Shown here: positions 49,566-58,794 of the stretch, one piece after another
Layout of the letters: every line of letters begins with the position of its first letter
How positions within the stretch are numbered: the stretch's first letter is position 1
Assembly: GCA_041389045.1 (NCBI GenBank)
Contig: JAWKSQ010000003.1
Coordinates: 25,120-89,119, forward strand
Direction: 5' to 3'
DNA: 64,000 bases
Origin: Minisyncoccota bacterium
GTDB lineage: Bacteria > Patescibacteriota > Minisyncoccia > Phycocordibacterales > UBA918
The notes under the pieces: generated by a model
Told to the model about the DNA's origin: nothing
What the model saw: the letters and a program-made list of their open reading frames with translations, nothing else
Database searches by the model: none
Position numbers and translations under genes: made by a program

Positions 49566-51066
49566 ATGTTTGCCAATCTATTTAAGAAAGAAACTAAGAT
49601 CGTTGACACACCTCCCATCTACTTTTTTAACACCGCCTCAAACAAACTAGAACAATTTAAGCCCCTAAACCCAGCCAAAGTTCTCATTTATAGTTGCGGT
49701 CCTACTGTCTACGACTATATTCATATCGGCAACCTGAGATCGTACGTGTTTTTGGATATTCTTAAGCGCACTCTTATTTTCCATGGTTACGAAGTCGAAA
49801 ATACTATTAATCTAACCGACTTTGGTCACCTCACTGACGACGGTGACGCCGGTGAAGATAAGATGATGAAAGGACTAAAACGTGAAGGGTTACCAGTCAC
49901 TCTCGAGGCCATGCGCGATTTATCAGACCAATACATCCAGGCTTTCTATGACGACTGTGACGCTATGCGGATAATGGCTCCTACTCACTTTGCTAGAGCC
50001 AGTGAGTACGTTGAGGCGCAAATCCGTCTCATTGAAACTCTGGATGGCAAAGGTTACACCTACGAAACCAGCGATGGAGTCTATTTTGATATTCAAAAAT
50101 ATCCAGAGTATGGAAAGCTTGGTCATATTGATCTTGAACAAATAAAAAGTGGTGCCCGCGTTGAAGTGAATCCCGAGAAACGTCACCCAGCTGATTTTGC
50201 CGTCTGGAAAAAGGGTCTACTTGGTTGGAACAGCCGCTGGGGCAAAGGTTTTCCTGGTTGGCACATTGAATGTTCAGCTATGGCCATGGCCACCCTTGGT
50301 AAATCTATTGACATTCACACCGGCGGTATCGACCACATACCAGTTCACCATAATGCTGAAATAGCTCAATCAGAATGCGCCACTGGCAAAACTTTTGTTA
50401 ACTATTGGCTCCACAACGCTTTCATCACCATTGATAACACCAAAATCAGTAAGTCTCTTGGTAATAGCATAAATTTACGACATTTAATTGACCGTGGCTT
50501 TACCGGTGAAGACTATCGCTACTGGCTTTTGACCGCCCACTATCGCTCGCCTGTTAATTTTTCTTGGGACGCACTGAAGTCTGCCAAGCAAGCACTCTTT
50601 AGACTTAGACGTTTTGTGTATGAAGACTACAAGCAAAAAGCTTCCTATCCTGAAGAAAATTATATTAATGAATTTCGAGCATATTGCCAACGACTTAGAT
50701 ACTCCAGCTGCCTTGGCCTTACTTTGGCAAGTCACCAAAGATGACGAACTAGATAACGCCACTAAATGCGCCACTATTCATGTTATGGATAGTATTCTCG
50801 ATCTTGGTCTGAGGGACAATGTCACTGAAGGTGTCAAAAAGCTTGGTATCCTGATGGCCGATGAAATACCTGAGGAAATCTTAAAATTAGTGGAACAGCG
50901 CGAAGCAGCTCGGATTGCCAGAAATTGGCCAGAAGCCGACACTTATCGTGAAGCCCTCAATCTAAAAGGTTATAGCGTAGAAGACCTCCTCACGGCCCTA
51001 AAGTCAGTAAATTTGACCCTAAATTTGACTAATTTTCTTATACACAGAGTCCACAGCACTGTGTAA
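49566..51066 (+). CDS. cysS: cysteine--tRNA ligase, frameshift near 50655
   Basis: HIGNLRSY (HIGH) and KISKSLGN (KMSKS) in 49566-50744. The C-terminal anticodon-binding domain (EHIANDLDTPAALALLWQ) is in the adjacent frame, 50614-51066. Confidence 0.85.
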
Positions 51067-51105
51067 AAACAGTCAATAGCGACATCGTGGTACAATGCCC
51101 TCACC

Positions 51106-52488
51106 ATGTCAGACACCAGAACCACCAACCGTTCACTACGCACCCCTCCCCGTAACGTCGACGCTGAAAAAGCTCTACTCGGAGCCGTTATTCTAAAACC
51201 AGACGCCCTACACGATATCTCGGTGACAGTTTATCCAGAAAGTTTTTATGCTGACAAACACCGTCTCATCTACGAAGCCGTTCTGCAAATATTTTCTAAA
51301 GGCGACCCGATTGACGTCATTACCTTGGTCTCAAAACTTCGTGACAGTGGTAACCTCGACAAGATTGGTGGCGCTAGCTATATCACCGAACTAATCGAAA
51401 ACGTCCCTGCGGCCGGCAACTCCCACTACTACGCTGAACTTGTTCAAGGTAAATCTGCCCTGCGTAACCTTATTTATGCAGCTGAAGAAGTGGCAGAGAT
51501 TGGCTACTCTGATCCAGAAAGTGTTGATGAAGCTCTCGACCAGGCCGAAAAAAAGATCTTTCATGCCACTCAGTCGCCAAGCGCACAAAAATTTAAAACC
51601 ATCGGCAACTCGCTCACTGAAGCCTGGGAAAGATTTGAGTATCTTAGTGCCAACCAAGATGAAAGACGCGGTGTCCAGTCTGGCTTCACTGCCCTCGACA
51701 ACCTTTTGGCTGGTTTTCAAAAGTCTGACCTAATCATTCTCGCCGCTAGACCTTCCATGGGTAAAACCACTTTTGCACTTGATGTCGCTAGAAATGCCGC
51801 CCTTAAGTTTAAAGCTTCCGTGGGTATCTTCTCACTAGAAATGTCAGACCAACAGCTGGTGGATCGTATGCTCGCCGCCGAAGCCGGTGTTGACTCATGG
51901 AAACTTCGTACGGGACGACTATCGAACGACCATGAATTTGAAGCGGTTCAAGAAGCGATGGCTAGACTCTCTGAAGCCCAAATCCACATTGATGACCAAG
52001 CTGGTAACAACATTCTCAAAATGCGCTCAGCGGCCCGGAGACTAAAAAACGAACATGGTCTTGACCTACTGATTGTTGACTACCTTCAGCTGATGTCCCC
52101 GACCGCTACTAAGGCTAGTGACTCGATGGTGCAACAAGTAACCGAAATCTCTCGTTCCCTTAAGATTTTGGCTCGTGACTTAGAGGTACCAGTCATTGCT
52201 CTCTCACAGCTTTCTCGTGCCGTAGAGCAACGTGGTGGCAAACCTCGTCTGTCAGACCTACGTGACTCTGGTTCAATTGAACAAGACGCGGACGTGGTGA
52301 TGTTTATCCACCGTGAAGACAAAATAAATAAAGAGTCCGACCGACCAAATATCGCTGAGATATTAGTAGAAAAACACCGTAACGGACCAGTTGGTTCCGC
52401 TGAACTTTACTTCGACGGCAAGCATGTTCGCTTCCTCAATCTTGACACACATCATCAGGCTGGTCCTAGTGCCCAGGATGACTTCTAA
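51106..52488 (+). CDS. dnaB: replicative DNA helicase DnaB
   Basis: N-terminal DnaB domain, Walker A ARPSMGKTTFAL and RecA-like core. No intein. Confidence 0.9.
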   Translation: MSDTRTTNRSLRTPPRNVDAEKALLGAVILKPDALHDISVTVYPESFYADKHRLIYEAVLQIFSKGDPIDVITLVSKLRDSGNLDKIGGASYITELIENVPAAGNSHYYAELVQGKSALRNLIYAAEEVAEIGYSDPESVDEALDQAEKKIFHATQSPSAQKFKTIGNSLTEAWERFEYLSANQDERRGVQSGFTALDNLLAGFQKSDLIILAARPSMGKTTFALDVARNAALKFKASVGIFSLEMSDQQLVDRMLAAEAGVDSWKLRTGRLSNDHEFEAVQEAMARLSEAQIHIDDQAGNNILKMRSAARRLKNEHGLDLLIVDYLQLMSPTATKASDSMVQQVTEISRSLKILARDLEVPVIALSQLSRAVEQRGGKPRLSDLRDSGSIEQDADVVMFIHREDKINKESDRPNIAEILVEKHRNGPVGSAELYFDGKHVRFLNLDTHHQAGPSAQDDF

Positions 52489-52495
52489 TCTCTAT

Positions 52496-53128
52496 ATGAC
52501 CCCACTCGACAAACTCATCACCTATTTTGAAAAATTTCCCGGCACCGGCTTACGCCAAGCCAAGCGCTTTGCTTTTCATGTCCTTACTCTTAAACCAGAG
52601 CAAATAAAAGAGTTATCCGACCTCATCACTTCCCTACCTAAATCAGTGACCGAATGTCAAAGTTGTCGTCGATTCTTTTCCGAAACAGCCAACCTCAATC
52701 ACACCTGTGTCATTTGTCGCAACCAAAACCGTGATCGCTCCAAGCTACTGGTAGTCGCTCGTGATAACGACATTGAAGCCATCGAGCGTAGTGGCGTCTA
52801 TGATGGACTTTACTTTATCCTTGGTGGCACTGTCTCGCTCCTTACCCAACCAAATGACCAACAAAGAGTTCGTAGTGGCGCTCTCAAAGCCTGTATCGAA
52901 GACCGGATCAAGCATGATAAGTTGGAAGAAATTATTCTCGGCTTTGCCATTAATCCCGACGGAGAAAATACTAGTCGGTTTGTCGAGTCACTTATTAATG
53001 AGGTTGCCGATGAAACTAAGGTAAAAATCTCTTACTTAGGTCGCGGTCTTTCTACCGGCAGTGAGCTTGAATACGCCGACGCGGAAACCATTAAAAGTGC
53101 TCTATCAAATCGGAGCACTCACACATAG
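52496..53128 (+). CDS. recR: recombination protein RecR
   Basis: MTPLDKLITYFEKFPGTGLRQAKRFAFHVL HhH start, the C4 zinc finger CQSC...CVIC and a Toprim domain. The ORF-track start at 52391 is an upstream read-through. Confidence 0.85.
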   Translation: MTPLDKLITYFEKFPGTGLRQAKRFAFHVLTLKPEQIKELSDLITSLPKSVTECQSCRRFFSETANLNHTCVICRNQNRDRSKLLVVARDNDIEAIERSGVYDGLYFILGGTVSLLTQPNDQQRVRSGALKACIEDRIKHDKLEEIILGFAINPDGENTSRFVESLINEVADETKVKISYLGRGLSTGSELEYADAETIKSALSNRSTHT

Positions 53129-53178
53129 AAATACCCCCAGCGCTAGACTTAGGGGTATTCTCAAAGCCAAACAAGCAG

Positions 53179-53771
53179 TCACCGTAGCCACTGCCGGTAG
53201 CCAAGGTATGTTGCGCCGCTTGTTAAGAACAACACGGATATTACCGGCCACCCGGTTGCAAAATTTACTGCCAAGCCAATGACAGAAAACAAGGTCAACG
53301 CCTGACCGAACCTTATCCAAGCGTCAGGGTTTCTTCTGACAAATTTCCACATCATCCGCCCCGGCCAGTAGGTCAAAGACCACAAAAATAAACCAAGGAG
53401 CAGAAGTGCGAACAGGACCAAGGTGAGTGGTTCAGCCAAAGGCCAATTGCCAAAAAAGTACATTTCTATTTCTCCCTGTGTAAGCCCAACAAATACCAAA
53501 CACTGGTTCGATAAATAGTGCTACGATTTAGATTCGTACTAGAAATTAGTAGATACCAAGACAGCGTAAGTGCACATAACACTGAGAACCACCATGGGAT
53601 CTCAAATAGATTGATGACCATAGCCGGACTACCCAAAACAATGAACATGATCATGGTTATCTGAAAAGGCCTGAAGACATCACTAAATATTTCATAACTC
53701 CATTTCACCAAGTAGAGGGTAATGAGTCCAAAACAACCGACCAAAAACAACTGCCCGAGCGGATATGTCAT
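53179..53771 (-). CDS. hypothetical membrane protein(s): two overlapping hydrophobic ORFs (53466-53771 and 53179-53499), possibly one frameshifted gene
   Basis: Both ORFs encode two or three TM helices. They overlap by 34 nt in different frames. Confidence 0.3.
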
Positions 53772-53850
53772 GATGCCTCCGATTTGAACTTACTGAAGAA
53801 AAACCACCTTTACTTTAAAGGTCATTTGCTAGCATACAAGGACCAAAACC

Positions 53851-53884
53851 AATGTCAACTAAAAACCCCGTGACGTAGCCACGG
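53851..53884. terminator. rho-independent terminator downstream of rplU (AAAAACCCCGTG..CACGGGGTTTT)
   Basis: A 7-bp GC stem flanked by A5 and T4 runs, 24 bp past the rplU stop on the minus strand. Confidence 0.6.
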
Positions 53885-53907
53885 GGTTTTGTCTTCTTTA
53901 TTCAAAT

Positions 53908-54243
53908 TTAAGCAATCGCTTCAATCTTGATTTCAGCGTAGTGCTGACGATGACCTAGACGTCGGTCACGGTTACTCTTGGCCTTGTAGCGAACGATAGT
54001 AAGCTTAGGACCCTTCTTCTCACCGACATAAGTAGCTTTTACTTTACTGCCAGTATAAGGAGTACCAACCTTAGCTGATTTACCATCATCGGTCATGAGT
54101 ACTGTATCGAACTCAATCTTGTCTCCTTCCTTGTGATCACCTAAAAGCTCTACTGCGAGAGTATCGCCTACTGAAACGACATATTGCTTACCGCCGGTAG
54201 CGATTACTGCAAAAGATTCTTTATTAGCTTTATTTGTTGCCAT
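53908..54243 (-). CDS. rplU: 50S ribosomal protein L21
   Basis: L21 fold signature (FAVIATGGKQYVVSVGDTL ... LGHRQHYAEIKI). Confidence 0.9.
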   Translation of the reverse strand: MATNKANKESFAVIATGGKQYVVSVGDTLAVELLGDHKEGDKIEFDTVLMTDDGKSAKVGTPYTGSKVKATYVGEKKGPKLTIVRYKAKSNRDRRLGHRQHYAEIKIEAIA

Positions 54244-54288
54244 AGTGCCGGCTATAGTACTAGATAACCTTTAAAATTGCAATGTCTG

Positions 54289-55410
54289 CTACTCTTCCCC
54301 TTTTTGAGGCTTATCCAAGGTCATAATTTCATGCCCAGTACTTTCACCGGAAATCTTAACCACATCCCTGTCCACTTTAGCTAATTCTTTACTAGCAGCA
54401 TTATAGTGATTAACGGTTGTACCAAGACTATTACCCACCTTTTCAAAGAATTGATTATAGGCGGCTAGATGTCGACTGAGCTTTTCGACATTAGCTTGGA
54501 TTTCCTTAGCGCTCTCCTCTACCTTAAATGCCCTAAAGCCGTAGAGAACTGACTGTAAGTAGGCAGCAAACGTCGTCGGTGAAACAATAATTACATTCTT
54601 GTCCCGATAAGCATAGTCAATGAGTGAGCGGGTATTTACTTTGACTGAACCAACTTCATTTACCAAGAGGTCGTAGTAAATAGCCTCAGCTGGGATATAC
54701 ATAAAGGCAAACGGCAATGTACCGTCCTTCGGACGAATATACTTAGCAGTCTCGTCGATACGTTTTTTGAGGTCATTCTTAAAGTCCTTTTCCAGCTCCT
54801 CACGCTTCACATCATCTGTCTCATCTACCAGACGGCGATAATTATCAAGCGAAAATTTAGCATCAACTGGTATCATCCCGTCTTTAGTCAAAACCACAGC
54901 ATCAACCGTCTCACCCCCTTCAAAGAGATACTGGAGCTTATAAGCACCTGCTGGCAGAATATTTTCGAGCGCGAGTTGCAAACTCGCCTCACCTAAGTTC
55001 CCTCTTTGCTTTTGGTGCTTAAGGACCTTCTCGAGATTCTGAAGTTGCTCAGCAATAGTAAAGACTTGCTTCGAACTCTCACTCACTTCCGAAACATGTT
55101 TTTGCACCCCAAGTAGTTTTTCACTAATACTTTCCTGAATCGCCCGGATTTGTTCGTTCACATCCTTACTAATTCCCTGCATTAGCTCCTTACTGTCACG
55201 AAACTGCATTCGACTTCCCTCCTGAGCCATCTTGGTACTTTCATTCATTTGTTCGCGCATCGCTCGAGACAGGTCTTGGAGTTGTTGTTGCATCAGTAAC
55301 ATCGCCTGATCATCTTCCTTTTTTCTGGCGGTCGAATAAAAAATACGTAAATCAGTAAAGCAAAAATAGCCACTAACAGCACCACCAGTATGATAGATAT
55401 AGGTTCCATG
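54289..55410 (-). CDS. rmuC: DNA recombination protein RmuC, frameshift in an A6 run near 55340
   Basis: RmuC family body in 54289-55330. The N-terminal TM segment MEPISIILVVLLVAIFALLIYVFFIRPPEK from ATG 55410 is in the adjacent frame. Confidence 0.7.
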   Translation of the reverse strand, partial: HGTYIYHTGGAVSGYFCFTDLRIFYSTARKKEDDQAMLLMQQQLQDLSRAMREQMNESTKMAQEGSRMQFRDSKELMQGISKDVNEQIRAIQESISEKLLGVQKHVSEVSESSKQVFTIAEQLQNLEKVLKHQKQRGNLGEASLQLALENILPAGAYKLQYLFEGGETVDAVVLTKDGMIPVDAKFSLDNYRRLVDETDDVKREELEKDFKNDLKKRIDETAKYIRPKDGTLPFAFMYIPAEAIYYDLLVNEVGSVKVNTRSLIDYAYRDKNVIIVSPTTFAAYLQSVLYGFRAFKVEESAKEIQANVEKLSRHLAAYNQFFEKVGNSLGTTVNHYNAASKELAKVDRDVVKISGESTGHEIMTLDKPQKGEE

Positions 55411-55528
55411 GCAGTAAGTGTAGCATATTAATATTTTCAATAAAAAATCAGCACAAGAAACATCCAGACACAAAAACAGCCCGCAAACGAGTCCGAGGAC
55501 CGTAATTGCGAGCTGTTACTCAGTTATG

Positions 55529-55975
55529 TCAATGACTGATGACTGACATATCACCGGAAATTCCAGTGATACATACCCTGATTCCCCAGGGTACGAACAC
55601 CGTTATCTGTGCCACCTCCTTCTTGTGTGATATAGAAGGTGATTTCACCCCACTTGAACCAATCGATATGTTCAAGTCTTTAATTTCGGACCCGATACCG
55701 ACGAAGGACACTCTGCCTTTACGGTCGACACTAACGAAGCTTTTGCATTCTTCACCAGGGACAGTCCCCGAACTCTTGACAATGAGAGTATCGGAACCAG
55801 GAGTAAAACTGAGTCGTCTCTTAACTTCGTCTACTCCCATGACAGAATGTGTCACAGTACTGACAGTCGATGAAGTGGAAATGGTTATGTCTGCACGAAC
55901 TTCGTTGTTGGCAAAAGCACCAACTGACAAAGAGGTTAGTACGAAAGACAGAATAACCTGTACAATATTTTTCAT
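55529..55975 (-). CDS. hypothetical secreted protein
   Basis: N-terminal signal peptide (MKNIVQVILSFVLTSLSVGAFA). Ser/Thr/Val-rich, probably beta-rich. No family match. Confidence 0.4.
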   Translation of the reverse strand: MKNIVQVILSFVLTSLSVGAFANNEVRADITISTSSTVSTVTHSVMGVDEVKRRLSFTPGSDTLIVKSSGTVPGEECKSFVSVDRKGRVSFVGIGSEIKDLNISIGSSGVKSPSISHKKEVAQITVFVPWGIRVCITGISGDMSVISH

Positions 55976-56136
55976 GGAACTTCCTCCAATAGTTCATTGA
56001 CCAAGTCGGAATAACTTGGTTTTCTATTTTTAATTATATCATATTTTGACCACAAAGTCAATTTAAATTGTTACTTTAAAACTCCTTTCAACCCTTATAA
56101 TATGCTAAAATGTCAGCATTAATCTATTGATAAAAT

Positions 56137-56592
56137 ATGTCTATACACACTGAACTCAGAACTACTTTAAAAGAGGCTATGAAGGCCAAGGACGAGGTGC
56201 GTTTACGTACTGTACGAGGGATTATGACCGCCTGTACTAATGAACTGGTAGCCACTGGCAAAACTCCTCAAGACGAACTTGATGATGCTGGCACCCTAAG
56301 CGTAATCAAGCGACTAGCTAAACAAAGAAAGGAATCAATCGTGCAGTACGAAGCCGCTGGTAGACCAGAACTAGCCTTACCAGAGAAAGAAGAACTAGCG
56401 GTGCTAGAAGCCTACCTCCCTACCCTCATGAGCCAAGATGAGATTCGACCGATCGCCGAAGCTGTAAAAGCGGAGCTTGGAATCACCGACAAGGCCAAGA
56501 TGGGAATATTAGTTGGAGCTGTCATGAAAAAACTGCAAGGTAAAGCTGATGGTGCAGATGTAAAAGCCGTAGTTGAAGAGTTACTTAAGTAA
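56137..56592 (+). CDS. yqeY: GatB/YqeY-domain protein
   Basis: YqeY family conservation across the 151-aa ORF. Confidence 0.8.
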   Translation: MSIHTELRTTLKEAMKAKDEVRLRTVRGIMTACTNELVATGKTPQDELDDAGTLSVIKRLAKQRKESIVQYEAAGRPELALPEKEELAVLEAYLPTLMSQDEIRPIAEAVKAELGITDKAKMGILVGAVMKKLQGKADGADVKAVVEELLK

Positions 56593-56606
56593 GCAAGCTA
56601 TAAGAA

Positions 56607-56648
56607 TAAAACCCGGCACAAGCTTTGCTTGTGCCGGGTTTTATTCTT
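56607..56648 (+). terminator. strong rho-independent terminator after yqeY
   Basis: A 16-bp stem (AAACCCGGCACAAGC / GCTTGTGCCGGGTTT) with a TTTG loop, followed by TTTTATTCTTT. Confidence 0.75.
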
Positions 56649-56672
56649 TAAAATTTTTTATTAAAACATCAT

Positions 56673-56701
56673 TTGACTTATCCATATTTTTGTTTAATAA
56701 T
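56673..56701 (+). promoter_or_regulatory. candidate sigma-70 promoter (TTGACT-N17-AATAAT) for the 56745 ORF
   Basis: Hexamers with 17-nt spacing, 45 nt upstream of an AGGAG Shine-Dalgarno site. Confidence 0.4.
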
Positions 56702-56744
56702 CAAAGTCTGGTGATCTGACCAGGTGCATAAACAGGAGAAAGAA

Positions 56745-57089
56745 ATGCAAGTGGCAACATTGGTGTGTACGTACGTTGCAGGTGAACCTATCCATAACGG
56801 TTTTATTCGAGCAAGTGTCCGTGTGAATACTTCGAAAACTAGCCGGGGCGCTTTGCAACAGTTTAGTACAAGCCTACACTCAAATCCCTTATCAAAAATT
56901 GGCCGGAACGATTTCGAATGCATCAGGCTATACGAGGACGTTCCTCCGGGGACCAGTGATATATCCATTTACTTTTCTCCACTCATGAGCCACAAAGCAC
57001 AAGTTGATCAGCTTGAAGCCTTTGTCGCCGCCCTGTACCCGGTCATTCGCATCAATGAATGTGACTGCACTGGTCTGGCGAAGCATTAG
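56745..57089 (+). CDS. hypothetical 114-aa protein in a GC-rich island, antisense to the 3' end of the truB ORF
   Basis: AGGAG SD 6 nt before ATG 56745. Promoter upstream. A hairpin with T-run terminator lies 25 nt after the stop. GC content and codon usage are richer than in neighbouring genes. No family recognised. Confidence 0.4.
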   Translation: MQVATLVCTYVAGEPIHNGFIRASVRVNTSKTSRGALQQFSTSLHSNPLSKIGRNDFECIRLYEDVPPGTSDISIYFSPLMSHKAQVDQLEAFVAALYPVIRINECDCTGLAKH

Positions 57090-57830
57090 TGAGCCATACC
57101 CGACATATCCACCACGGCGTCTCTCAGGAGACGCCGTATTTTTATCAAAATCCTCCACCCTCTTGGCATCCTCGATTTTAAAATCACCAATCTTGGTTCG
57201 TCTTAAGTTCGCCAGAGTTGCCGGGTAACCAAGTCTTCGTCCCAACTCTTCAGCTAGCGACCTGATGTAAGTCCCACTACTAACTTTAAATCTCACTTTA
57301 CACAAAAGTCTGTTCGGAATATCTGTCATTATATTAAATTCAATCAACTCTGCTTCATAAACTTTCATCACCCGCACCGGAAGTTCTGTCACTACTTCAC
57401 CTTTCTTTTCGGCTTGACGTGCCCTTTTATACATCGGCACACCGTCTTTCTTGATTGCACTATAGGCAGAAACCTGTAGGGTCAAATCCCCAAGCATTGA
57501 ATTCAAGACTGATTGCACTTTCTCAGTATCTAAATCATTTTGATAGGCTCTCTCTTCGAGCACCTCCCCTTCCATATCGCCAGTTGACCTCCTTTCGCCG
57601 ATCAGTACTTCCGCCACATACTCCTTATCCAAGCCAACCAACTCTGTTAACTTCTTAGTCCCCTTCTCTACTCCAATCAGCATTAGTCCAGTAGCTAGTG
57701 GGTCGAGCGTACCCGCGTGACCAAACTTACGAATACCAGTCAGTTTTCTGAGCTTACGAATAACCGTAAAGGAGCTAATACCTTTTTCCTTATCTATTAG
57801 CAATAACTCAGGAAGCTTGATCTCATCCAT
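56928..57830 (-). CDS. truB: tRNA pseudouridine(55) synthase TruB, 3' boundary uncertain
   Basis: FGHAGTLDPLATG catalytic motif. The TruB core spans to about 57150 (…KIGDFKIEDAKRVEDF). The last roughly 70 codons run through the GC-rich island without PUA-domain features and may be an artefactual extension. Confidence 0.75.
   Translation of the reverse strand: MDEIKLPELLLIDKEKGISSFTVIRKLRKLTGIRKFGHAGTLDPLATGLMLIGVEKGTKKLTELVGLDKEYVAEVLIGERRSTGDMEGEVLEERAYQNDLDTEKVQSVLNSMLGDLTLQVSAYSAIKKDGVPMYKRARQAEKKGEVVTELPVRVMKVYEAELIEFNIMTDIPNRLLCKVRFKVSSGTYIRSLAEELGRRLGYPATLANLRRTKIGDFKIEDAKRVEDFDKNTASPERRRGGYVGYGSLMLRQTSAVTFIDANDRVQGGDKGFKLINLCFVAHEWRKVNGYITGPRRNVLV
57113..57150 (+). terminator. rho-independent terminator (CGGCGTCTC-tcag-GAGACGCCG + TATTTTTAT)
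   Basis: A 9-bp GC-rich stem followed by a T5 run. It lies inside the annotated 3' part of the minus-strand truB ORF. Confidence 0.5.
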
Positions 57831-57833
57831 TTT

Positions 57834-58787
57834 TTAAAGTAGCTGGGTTAACTTGAGTAAGAAAAAGCCGAAGAAAATTAACATCATTACCCCTTCCCAA
57901 CGCATCACTCGACGCGCCAAAGCAGTCACAAAGAGTATGGCTGAAGCTGCCGCAAAAATAGCCAATCCTAGTTGCATAACTACCATGTCGGCCGGTAGCG
58001 GTGCTGACGCTAGCAAAGCCGGTAACCCGGTTACCATCAGAGCGTTAAAAGCATTAGAACCAAAAATATTACCGACGGCCATAGCTGTTTCGCCAGTCTT
58101 GATGGCTTTAAGTGACACGATAAGTTCAGGTAAAGAGGTACCAACCGCAATCGCCACAATCGACACAAAACCAATCGGCACCATGAAGGCTGTAGCCAAA
58201 TTAACTGCCATTTCCACCGTGTAGTTAGCACCGATTAGTAGCGCGGTTAGACCTAGAGCAAAGTACACAAATTGCTTAGTTTCTAGCTTAGCGTTTCTAT
58301 CAACCTCATCCATATCGTCTTCATTTTTACCTTCACTGGCGACGTACCACATATAAACCGCAAAAGTACTGAGGAGAAGTAGTGCTTCTAGCTTGTCTAT
58401 CACCCCATCGTAAACGGCTAAAACAAAGTGAATAGTAGCAATTAAGAAAATCGGTAATTCACTTTTTAGTAAGTCCTTTTTAATAATCACTGTCCCACCG
58501 ATCGCAGCCATGAGTCCGACAATCAAAAGAATATTGGTGATGTTAGAGCCAACTACGTTTGCTATTACTATCTCAGGTGCACCTTGAAGTACACCCGCTA
58601 TCGATGAAGCCAACTCCGGTAAAGAGGTACCAAAACCAACTATCATTACTCCTATGACGTATGGACTAAGACCGAACCCGACACCGATTTTCTTCGATGA
58701 ATCAATGACCACATCAACCCCCTTCAGTAGAATATATAACGACCCTATCAATAATAGTGACCACAGTCCAATTTGTGTAACATCCAT
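57834..58787 (-). CDS. Ca2+/Na+ antiporter (CaCA family, YrbG-like)
   Basis: Two alpha-repeat GTSLPEL motifs. Ten TM helices. Confidence 0.8.
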   Translation of the reverse strand: MDVTQIGLWSLLLIGSLYILLKGVDVVIDSSKKIGVGFGLSPYVIGVMIVGFGTSLPELASSIAGVLQGAPEIVIANVVGSNITNILLIVGLMAAIGGTVIIKKDLLKSELPIFLIATIHFVLAVYDGVIDKLEALLLLSTFAVYMWYVASEGKNEDDMDEVDRNAKLETKQFVYFALGLTALLIGANYTVEMAVNLATAFMVPIGFVSIVAIAVGTSLPELIVSLKAIKTGETAMAVGNIFGSNAFNALMVTGLPALLASAPLPADMVVMQLGLAIFAAASAILFVTALARRVMRWEGVMMLIFFGFFLLKLTQLL

Positions 58788-58794
58788 ATAATTC

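Noticed and set aside
53061-53282. 73-aa plus-strand ORF after recR
   Set aside because: Arg-rich low complexity. It overlaps the recR end and the minus-strand membrane ORF.
56678-56968. 96-aa minus-strand ORF in the 56.7-57.1 kb GC-rich island
   Set aside because: Third overlapping frame in the GC-rich segment with no start signals. An artefact of reduced stop-codon frequency.
57853-58224. 123-aa plus-strand ORF
   Set aside because: Antisense within the CaCA antiporter gene. Ala-rich low complexity.
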